Virus record (IMG/VR): IMGVR_UViG_3300046786_000845
Span: 1-26,383 of that record
Origin: a virus
Taxonomy: Duplodnaviria; Caudoviricetes
Direction: 5' to 3' (one strand)
Length of the DNA stretch: 26,383 nt
This document shows positions 13,822-20,842 of the stretch, piece after piece; the stretch's first letter is position 1, and each line of letters starts with the position of its first letter. The position numbers and the translations under genes are program-made. The notes beneath the pieces are model-generated. The model was given only the letters and a program-made list of their open reading frames with translations. It ran no database searches and was not told the origin of the DNA.

Positions 13822-15464
13822 TCCAACTCCGCCCCTATCAACGCACCAGCATCGACCAGCTTTATACCTGGTTCCGCGCCAACCCGGTGGGTAATCCGCT
13901 TCTGGTCCTGCCCACTGGTAGCGGCAAGTCGATCATTCTCGCCACGCTGATCCAAGAGGCCCTGGCCAATTGGCCCCAGACACGGATTTTGATGCTAACC
14001 CATGTCCGGGAGTTGATCGCTCAAAACACCGACAAGCTGCGCGTGGTGTGGCCTGCGGCCCCTCTGGGGATTCATTCCGCCGGGTTACGCCGTCGCGCCA
14101 CCTTTGAGCCGGTCATCTTCGCCGGCATTCAGTCGGTGCATCGCAAGGCGTGGCAGTTGGGGCGGTTTGACTTGATCCTGATTGACGAGGTGCATCTGGT
14201 GGGCAATAGCGCCGACGGCATGTATCGCCGCTTTCTGGCGGAAGCGCGCACCATCAATCCCGCCGTGCGCATTATTGGCTTGACGGCAACTCCCTGGCGG
14301 ACGACCTCGGGTGATCTGACCTATGGCGACGATGCGCTATTCCAGGCCGTGGCCCATGAAGTCTTGATGCTGGATCTGATCCGTGATGGCTATCTGGCGC
14401 CGCTGATCTCCAAGCGCATGGCCACCACCCTGGATGTGTCCGGGGTCCAGACACGCCAAGGAGAGTTCATCGCCCGCCAGTTGGAGCAGGCGGTTGATCG
14501 GGATGACATCACCCAGGCGGCCCTGGATGAGTGTCTGGCCTACGGCACCGACCGCCACAAGTGGCTGGTGTTCTGTACCGGCGTCGCCCACGCCGAGCAT
14601 GTGGCCGAGGCCTTGCGTGGGCGGGGGGTGCCCGCGGGTTGCGTGACGGGTGACACGCCCGCAGCGCAGCGTGACCAACTGATTGCCGATTTTAAGTGCG
14701 GCAAGCTGCGGGCCTTGACCAACGCCAACGTGCTGACCACCGGCTTTGATGTGCCCGCCACCGACCTGCTGGTGATGCTGCGTCCCACCCAAAGTCCCGG
14801 CCTGTTCGTCCAGATGGTGGGCCGGGGCTCGCGCATCGCTCACGGAAAAGACACATGTTTAGTATTGGATTTCGCCGGTAACACGGTGCGACATGGCCCC
14901 GTCGATCAGGTCCGGGCCTGGATACCCAGTGCCCGCGCGGCGACACCCGGCGCGGCCCCCACCCGGGCGTGTCCCCAGTGTCAATCCATCTTACCCGTGG
15001 CGGTGCGGCAATGCCCCGAGTGCAGCTATGACTTCCCAGTTGACGACACCCCCAAGCACGCCGCGCATGCCGTGGATGCCCCCATCCTCAGCAATCAGGC
15101 GGTGACCATTGAGCGTCACGCGGTTCACGCCCTGGAGTTGCAGCGCTGGCCTGGCAAGGATGCCAAGCCCGACACCCTGTGCGTCAGCTATCGCGGTCCC
15201 TTCATGCGTATTGCCCGCGAATGGGTGTGCCTGGAGCATCAAGGTTATGCCCGCACCAAGGCGGTAGCCTGGTGGGGTCGCTTCGCGCCGGGGACCGTAG
15301 TGCCGCGCACCATTGACGAAGCCCTGTCTCGTCAGGACGAATTAGCGCTGCCCGCGGCCATCCGGGTCGCCGTCGGCAGGAAATATCCCGAGATTACCGG
15401 CTATGAATTTGCGCGGCCGCTAACCCCCGCTTACCAACCCTTACCCATGGAAACCCGGTTATGA
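13818..15464 (+). CDS. SF2 (DExH) helicase, RadD/YejH-like, with C-terminal zinc finger
   Basis: LRPYQ, PTGSGKS, DEVH, LTATP, LTTGFD and QMVGRGSR motifs; CPQC-x10-CPEC. Confidence 0.92.
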   Translation: MIQLRPYQRTSIDQLYTWFRANPVGNPLLVLPTGSGKSIILATLIQEALANWPQTRILMLTHVRELIAQNTDKLRVVWPAAPLGIHSAGLRRRATFEPVIFAGIQSVHRKAWQLGRFDLILIDEVHLVGNSADGMYRRFLAEARTINPAVRIIGLTATPWRTTSGDLTYGDDALFQAVAHEVLMLDLIRDGYLAPLISKRMATTLDVSGVQTRQGEFIARQLEQAVDRDDITQAALDECLAYGTDRHKWLVFCTGVAHAEHVAEALRGRGVPAGCVTGDTPAAQRDQLIADFKCGKLRALTNANVLTTGFDVPATDLLVMLRPTQSPGLFVQMVGRGSRIAHGKDTCLVLDFAGNTVRHGPVDQVRAWIPSARAATPGAAPTRACPQCQSILPVAVRQCPECSYDFPVDDTPKHAAHAVDAPILSNQAVTIERHAVHALELQRWPGKDAKPDTLCVSYRGPFMRIAREWVCLEHQGYARTKAVAWWGRFAPGTVVPRTIDEALSRQDELALPAAIRVAVGRKYPEITGYEFARPLTPAYQPLPMETRL

Positions 15465-15682
15465 CCACCCCGCTTGCTTTGACACCTGAGCGCAAGGCCG
15501 ACGTGCTGGCGCAATTAGCCTATCTGACTCACCTGGTGGAGACCCTACCCGCCGAGGCGCGCACTTGCCACGCCTGTTATCAACTGCGCGATCACGGCTG
15601 GTGTGACCAATGGGCGGCGGCCGTTCCCGCCGAGGCGCAAGCGCAAGGATGCGACCAGTGGCAGGCGGAAATCCCTTTTTAG
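15461..15682 (+). CDS. Small Cys4 protein ending in EIPF
   Basis: 73 aa; CHAC...WC...GCDQW; ATGA overlap with the helicase gene. Confidence 0.7.
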   Translation: MTTPLALTPERKADVLAQLAYLTHLVETLPAEARTCHACYQLRDHGWCDQWAAAVPAEAQAQGCDQWQAEIPF

Positions 15683-15771
15683 CGTGGCGTGGTAGACCTC
15701 GGGCTGAGCGAGCCGTTTGGTTCTGGCGGATAACTCAGCGCATTAGCCGGACAGTGGCATAACCCCGGCAG

Positions 15772-15822
15772 CCAGGGCGGCCCTGCCCCTTTCTCGGGGC
15801 CGGCCCTGGTATTTTTCACTTT
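15772..15822 (+). terminator. Putative intrinsic terminator
   Basis: CCAGGG-CGGCCCT...GGGGCCGGCCCTGG stem followed by TATTTTTCACTTTT. Confidence 0.55.
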
Positions 15823-15835
15823 TGCAGGTGGGCCC

Positions 15836-16075
15836 ATGAAAAACACCCTGAACGACCTCTCAAATCACCTCTTCGCCCAACTGGAACGGCTCAGCGACGA
15901 AACCCTGAACGATGACGAACTGGGCGCCGAGATCCGCCGCGCCGGGGCTATTGATCGCATCGCCGCCCAGGTGATCGCCGTCGGCAATCTGGCGGTCAAT
16001 GCCGCCAAGCTGCAAGGCGATATGCTCCCCGGTCAGACGCCCCCGCGCCTGCTGGGACTGGATGGGGGCAATTGA
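15836..16075 (+). CDS. Conserved small phage protein, usual partner of the downstream HNH gene
   Basis: MKNTLNDLSNHLFAQLERL.DE.L...EI.RA.AI motif; AGGTG RBS. Confidence 0.8.
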   Translation: MKNTLNDLSNHLFAQLERLSDETLNDDELGAEIRRAGAIDRIAAQVIAVGNLAVNAAKLQGDMLPGQTPPRLLGLDGGN

Positions 16076-16959
16076 TGCGCAAATTCTGGACCCCGGAATA
16101 TCTGGCCTGGCTGGCGGCGACCTATCGCCAGCAGCGCATCGCGGCCATCCCGGCGCTGTTTGAAGCGCAGTTTGGGATCGCCGTTACCGAATCGTCCGTC
16201 AAGTCCGCCATCATGAACTATCGCCTGCCCAGCGGGCGCCCCAAGGGCCTGCTCCCGGGTGAGCGGCCTGGGCCTACCTGGAGCAAAGAGCGGCTTGACT
16301 GGCTGCGCGCGCACCGGCCGGCCATGCAGATCCCGGCCCTGACCGCCGCCTTTAACCTCCACTTCGGGACTGATTTACAGCCGCACAGCATCGCCAATGC
16401 CATCGGCCGCCATCAGATCCCCGGCCCGGCGGACACCCGCTTTCAGCCGGGATTGGTGCCCTGGAATAAGGGCCTGGCCGGCTATCGCGCGGGCGGGCGC
16501 TCCGCCGAGACGCGCTGGAAGCCCGGCAACCGCGTCTGGCATCAGATGCCCGTGTGGAGCTACCGGCAGGAGACCGACGGCTGCTGGTATTTCAAATTTC
16601 GGGAGGAGGCCCCGCCCGGCTTTTCGCGCCGGGATTGGGTCGCTGTCCATCGCCTCAACTGGGAGGCGGCCCATGGGCCCCTCGCCGCCGGGCAGGTGGT
16701 GATTATGCTCGACACCGACCCCAGTCATTGCGAGCTGGACAATCTGGCCTGTCTGACGCGCCGCGAGCTGGTGTATTTCAACAACCTCAATCACGCCGTG
16801 CCGCCCGAGCGGGAACTGCGCCGGGCCCTGGTGGCGCGAGTCAAGTTGCTGGCGGCGGCGCATGGCCGGGCGGAGGGGCTGGGCATGACCCCGCAACAGC
16901 GGCGGGCGGTGCTGGGGGTGATGCGGCGGCCCGAGCGGGTTTATGGGCAACGGGTTTAA
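16075..16959 (+). CDS. HNH_3-like endonuclease-domain protein with duplicated N-terminal DNA-binding-like repeats
   Basis: Two W(T/S)xExLxWL repeats; TRFQPG..PWNKG; VHRLNWEAAHGP...DNL.CLTRREL...N (degenerate HNH). Confidence 0.75.
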   Translation: MRKFWTPEYLAWLAATYRQQRIAAIPALFEAQFGIAVTESSVKSAIMNYRLPSGRPKGLLPGERPGPTWSKERLDWLRAHRPAMQIPALTAAFNLHFGTDLQPHSIANAIGRHQIPGPADTRFQPGLVPWNKGLAGYRAGGRSAETRWKPGNRVWHQMPVWSYRQETDGCWYFKFREEAPPGFSRRDWVAVHRLNWEAAHGPLAAGQVVIMLDTDPSHCELDNLACLTRRELVYFNNLNHAVPPERELRRALVARVKLLAAAHGRAEGLGMTPQQRRAVLGVMRRPERVYGQRV

Positions 16960-16964
16960 CCCAG

Positions 16965-17198
16965 ATGCTTGCGCAAAATCGCGTTACCGACTGGGGAACG
17001 CCCCATCCGCAATGGGTCTGCGAACATTGCGGGATCAGCAACAATTCTTGGGACAAGAACGGCAACCTGGCCCATGTGTACCGTCAAGCCATGGCCCTGG
17101 GCGGACCCCCACTAGACCTGTGCGGGCTCTGCCGGGCATCCCTGTCTATCACCAAAACCGCCTCCCCACAACAGGGCGACCTGTTCTTATCCTGCTGA
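16965..17198 (+). CDS. Small CxxC-CxxC protein with a C-terminal QGDLF motif
   Basis: 77 aa from ATG 16965; CEHC and CGLC; fills the gap after the HNH gene. Confidence 0.5.
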   Translation: MLAQNRVTDWGTPHPQWVCEHCGISNNSWDKNGNLAHVYRQAMALGGPPLDLCGLCRASLSITKTASPQQGDLFLSC

Positions 17199-17206
17199 TA
17201 ACGGCC

Positions 17207-17440
17207 ATGCCCATGAGCTCCACAACCACCACCCTTGATCTCTGGCCACGTCAGCCGCACTCCACCCGACCCCAGCGTCGCCCGCTCGTTTGCCGTGGTG
17301 TCTATGGCGCCCCCAGCGGGGACGGGCTAGACTCCCTGGCTCGTCTCCTCCTGTCACTCGCCGCCGATGAAGCCGACCAGCCCGCTCGCCAGCCCGACCC
17401 ACGCCTGCGCCTACCTACGATCCAGCAAGGACCGGCATGA
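17207..17440 (+). CDS. Small ORF overlapping the recombinase start (RDF/excisionase candidate)
   Basis: 77 aa from ATG 17207; amphipathic DGLDSLARLLLSLA; position only, no recognised family. Confidence 0.4.
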   Translation: MPMSSTTTTLDLWPRQPHSTRPQRRPLVCRGVYGAPSGDGLDSLARLLLSLAADEADQPARQPDPRLRLPTIQQGPA

Positions 17441-18950
17441 TCTCAGCCTGGACGCCCAGCGTCGGGCGCTCCAGGACTACGCCCACGAGCAGGGTCTGGC
17501 CATCGTCGCCGAATTCGCGGACGCGGTAGAGTCAGGCAAGGACGACGACCGGCCCGGTTTTCAATCCCTGCTGCGGGCCCTGCGCGATCCCGCCCGCGCC
17601 TGGGCGGTGATCCTGGCCCTCGACACCAGCCGCATTGCCCGCCGCCGCCATCTGGCCCTCATCTTCGAGCACGAAGCCGAGAAGGCCGGGGTGCGCATCC
17701 TCTACAAGTCGGTGCCCGATACCGATCCCATCACCGGGATGTTGCTGCGCTCCATCCTCCAGGCCATGGACGAATGGCACTCCCTGACTTCCAAGGCCAA
17801 GGGCCTGGCTGGCATGGCCGAGAGCGTCAAGCAAGGCTGGCGGGCGGGTGGCCAGGCGCCGCGCGGCTACCGGCTTGAGCATCAACCAACCGAGACCTTG
17901 CGCGACGGCCAACCGGTGCTGCGCTCCAAGCTGGTTCCGGGTCCTGATTCTGAAGCAGTGGCCAGCTACTTGAAGGCGCGGGCGTCGGGCAAGCCCCGGG
18001 GCCTCGCCAGCCAGTTATCCGGGATTGTTGGATCACTCAACGAAATGGAGTGGCAGGCTCTGACCTATGCCGGCCACACCACCTGGGGGATGCACCACGA
18101 ACACCGCCCCGGGGGCTACGTCGGCGGAATCAAGCGCAAGCCGCGGGCCGAGTGGCACTTGACCCGCGACACTCACCCCGCCTTCATCACTGACGCCGAG
18201 GCCGAGGCGATCCTGACCCGGCTGGAGGCGCGGGCCGGGCTGCGCACCCGGTCGGGGGATCGTGTCTATCTCCTCTCGGGCCTGCTTCAGGATCCCCAGG
18301 GCCAGCCTTTCTCGGGCGAGACCAGCAAGGGTCAGTCTGCCTATCGGCTGGGCAAGGGCGGGCGGATTGCGGCGCGCATCATCGAGGGCGCGGTCCTGGA
18401 TCAGGTGTTTGCCGATCTCGCCGCGCCAGACGTGGCCAAGGCCATCGCGGAGCGGATGCGCCAGGCGGCAGCCCCCGCCAGCAAGCCGCGCGACCTGGCG
18501 GGGCTGAAGCGCAAGCTGGGCACCCTGGATGGCAAGATTCTTCGGCTGGTGGACCTGATCGCGGCGGCGGGCACGGCGGCCCCCGCTTATCAGCGGGCCA
18601 TTGCCGGGATGGAGCTGGAGCGCGCAGCCATGGCGATGGAACTGGCGCACGCGGCGAGCGAGAGCCGCCAGGCGGAGGTGATCCGCGCCTGGACGGTGGC
18701 GGATGTGGCCCGGCTGCTGGCCAGTCTGCGCAATGCCCTGGAGACGGATCTGGCGGAAGACCGTATCCTCGCCGCGCGGGAAGCGCTGGCGGGGATCGTG
18801 GAAAGGATCACCCTTGATTTAGAATCAAGGGCTTGGGAGATCCATTACAAATTGCATACCGGGGTTAAGATGGCGTCCCCACGGGGGAGCCGTCTAGCCC
18901 CGGTGATTTGGATCAGCCGGGGTCGCCTGCCGCACCGACGAGCGGCATGA
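17367..18950 (+). CDS. Large serine recombinase (integrase)
   Basis: AYLRSS catalytic Ser motif, DRPGFQSLL, DTSRIARR, GGQAPRGY recombinase domain, HPAFI, YLLSGLL, coiled coil. Confidence 0.93.
   Translation: MKPTSPLASPTHACAYLRSSKDRHDLSLDAQRRALQDYAHEQGLAIVAEFADAVESGKDDDRPGFQSLLRALRDPARAWAVILALDTSRIARRRHLALIFEHEAEKAGVRILYKSVPDTDPITGMLLRSILQAMDEWHSLTSKAKGLAGMAESVKQGWRAGGQAPRGYRLEHQPTETLRDGQPVLRSKLVPGPDSEAVASYLKARASGKPRGLASQLSGIVGSLNEMEWQALTYAGHTTWGMHHEHRPGGYVGGIKRKPRAEWHLTRDTHPAFITDAEAEAILTRLEARAGLRTRSGDRVYLLSGLLQDPQGQPFSGETSKGQSAYRLGKGGRIAARIIEGAVLDQVFADLAAPDVAKAIAERMRQAAAPASKPRDLAGLKRKLGTLDGKILRLVDLIAAAGTAAPAYQRAIAGMELERAAMAMELAHAASESRQAEVIRAWTVADVARLLASLRNALETDLAEDRILAAREALAGIVERITLDLESRAWEIHYKLHTGVKMASPRGSRLAPVIWISRGRLPHRRAA
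18858..18904. other. attP: Putative attP inside the integrase gene, with a tRNA-Glu 3'-end core
   Basis: 47-bp imperfect inverted repeat (ACCGGGG...CCCC-AC-GGGG...CCCCGGT); 18871-18886 on the minus strand reads CCCCGTGGGGACGCCA, a tRNA-Glu-type 3' end including CCA. Confidence 0.75.
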
Positions 18951-19010
18951 TGCCGCCCCCAGCCATCGGCTGGACAAATAGCCCGATCCAGGACACCGAC
19001 AGGAAGCGCA

Positions 19011-19655
19011 CTAGCGGATCTTGAGGATATACATGCGCGCTGAGACCCTGGCTGCCGAGGTGCTGCCGCTGGCCATCCTGGCATCGAGGTAATAGGTCTG
19101 ATTGCTGGTGATGGTTTCGGTGTACGGCAAGAAGGCGGTGCCGCCGATGGTGCCATCGCCGGAGCCGCCGGCGGCATAACAGCCATACACATCCTCCACC
19201 AGAATGGTCGAGGTGCCTTTGCGTAGCTGTAGCTCGATACCGTACTGGCTAGCCCCGCTCGCCCGGTAGGCATAGCCGGTAAACTGCGCCAGGATGAAGA
19301 TGACGGTACTGGACGCGATGCCCGTGGTGGTGATGCTCAACTGGCCCGCGAAGCTGGTGGACAGGCTACCGGATGCCGTCTCCACGTCCGTGCCCACGAA
19401 GCCGCAGACTGCCGGCAGGCGGGCCAGGTCCAGGGTGCCGCTGGTGAGGATGGTCGCCGGTAGATTGGGGATGCGCGCCGCGTCGAGGGTTCCGGAGGCG
19501 ATTTTGCTGGCGGGGAGGGCGGGGACCCCGGCCAGGGGTCGCACCTTGTAGAGCTTGTTGGTGCCGCTGGGCTGGACGATGCTCCAGTCGTTGACGCCGT
19601 CCACGGCGGTGGCCTCGTTGGGCAGGTTGCCGGGCAGGAGGTAACGGCTCGTCAT
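19011..19655 (-). CDS. Short tail fibre / receptor-binding protein candidate
   Basis: 214 aa; tandem 18-aa repeat LPASKIASGTLDAARIPN / LPATILTSGTLDLARLPA; Ser/Thr/Gly-rich beta C-terminus; last gene of the tail operon. Confidence 0.65.
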   Translation of the reverse strand: MTSRYLLPGNLPNEATAVDGVNDWSIVQPSGTNKLYKVRPLAGVPALPASKIASGTLDAARIPNLPATILTSGTLDLARLPAVCGFVGTDVETASGSLSTSFAGQLSITTTGIASSTVIFILAQFTGYAYRASGASQYGIELQLRKGTSTILVEDVYGCYAAGGSGDGTIGGTAFLPYTETITSNQTYYLDARMASGSTSAARVSARMYILKIR

Positions 19656-20842
19656 TCGACCAGTCCCTCGATATCCAGGGCCAGGGACTCCCAGGAGGCG
19701 AGCTGGAGAATGCCGCGCAGGTTGGTATAAAAACCGAAGACCCGCAGGCGGTCATAGGTGGTCCCGGCGGCGTTGAAGTCCCAAAACACCGGCTGGCCAT
19801 CCCATTGCGCCAGCAGGTTTTGCACCACGTCGCCGGTGATGACGGCGGGGTCGAGGAAACAGGTGGCCCGCAGTTGGCGCGAGGTACCGCGTTTGATGAA
19901 CGTCACGGTGCCAAAGGTCTCGTCACGCTCCTTGCGGGAAAAGGACAGGATGGAGGACTCCAGGCCCCATTCGGTATCGGCCAATACATAAGCGGTGCCG
20001 GCGCAAAATAGCCCCAGCTTGGCGGGTTGCGTCGCTACGTTGCGTTCCAGCACGATGGCCACGCTCATGACACTGCCGGCGGCCACGGCGGGACCGATGG
20101 CAATAGTGGCGGTGCGAGAGGTGGAGCCGTAGGCGGTGCCGGCGGGGATCAGGCTGGTAACGGTAGCGGTCCTGGCTACCCCGTCGTCCGTAACCGTCGT
20201 TGTCACGGTCTTGACGTTGACCAGGCCGGCGAAACAGAGGCGATCCACATCGCTGGCGCAGGTGATGGTGACCGTCAGGGTGGGATCGACCAGGTTGCCG
20301 CTGTCGTCATAGCCTTCCAGGTAGGTGTTGCCCAGGTAGTCGGTGGCGGCCCAGGCGTTGCTGGCGCCCAGGTCCAGCCAGCGGGCGGCGATGGTCTCGG
20401 TGGTGGAGTTGACGGCATCGGAGGGGCGGACGGTATTGTCGCCGGCGCTGACGGCAATCACGGCGATATAGTCGTGATTATCCGCCGCGTCATAGACCGC
20501 CTGATTGAGGACGATGGCGGCGCCGCTGGCCCAGGCCGGATAGGCGGACTTGCGCACATTGGTGGTATAGGTGTAACCGCCCGAGGTGGCCGAGGGGCCG
20601 CGATCCTCCCAATACGTGGTGGACCACCACCAGGTGTAAACCGTTTTGCCGGGGGCGTTGCTGGAGCTCGAGGTGTGGGCGATCTTGCACCGGAAGTCGC
20701 GCCACACCCCCGTACTCACTTCGTAGCGGCGCATGTCGCCCACGGCGTAGGCGGTGGCGGTGGCCCAGACGGTATTATAGACGTAGGTGGGGCTGGACCC
20801 GGTATAGGCCAGGGCCGATTCCAGGGGGACGATGACTTCCAT
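19652..20842 (-). CDS. Tail-tip (distal-tail-like) protein with two carbohydrate-binding-like inserts
   Basis: 396 aa directly after the tape measure gene; WATATAYAVGD...WEDRGPS and WASGAAIVLNQ...WLDLGAS repeats (CBM5/12-like); C-terminal SFSRKERDETFG...FGFY...IEGL. Confidence 0.7.
   Translation of the reverse strand: MEVIVPLESALAYTGSSPTYVYNTVWATATAYAVGDMRRYEVSTGVWRDFRCKIAHTSSSSNAPGKTVYTWWWSTTYWEDRGPSATSGGYTYTTNVRKSAYPAWASGAAIVLNQAVYDAADNHDYIAVIAVSAGDNTVRPSDAVNSTTETIAARWLDLGASNAWAATDYLGNTYLEGYDDSGNLVDPTLTVTITCASDVDRLCFAGLVNVKTVTTTVTDDGVARTATVTSLIPAGTAYGSTSRTATIAIGPAVAAGSVMSVAIVLERNVATQPAKLGLFCAGTAYVLADTEWGLESSILSFSRKERDETFGTVTFIKRGTSRQLRATCFLDPAVITGDVVQNLLAQWDGQPVFWDFNAAGTTYDRLRVFGFYTNLRGILQLASWESLALDIEGLVE

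Noticed and set aside
15703-15740. Hammerhead ribozyme (CTGA..GA core)
   Set aside because: The spacing is not CUGAnGA and the required GAAA is absent (ATAA instead).
18871-18886. tRNA gene
   Set aside because: Only 16 nt of a tRNA 3' end is present; there is no TTCG T-loop, anticodon arm or D-arm. Treated as an att core.
18942-18973. Bidirectional terminator between the integrase and the last tail gene
   Set aside because: Only two 6-bp stems with 3-nt loops and no convincing U-tract; too weak to call.
19011-20842. Diversity-generating retroelement acting on tail genes
   Set aside because: No reverse transcriptase and no template/variable repeat pair noticed in the window.
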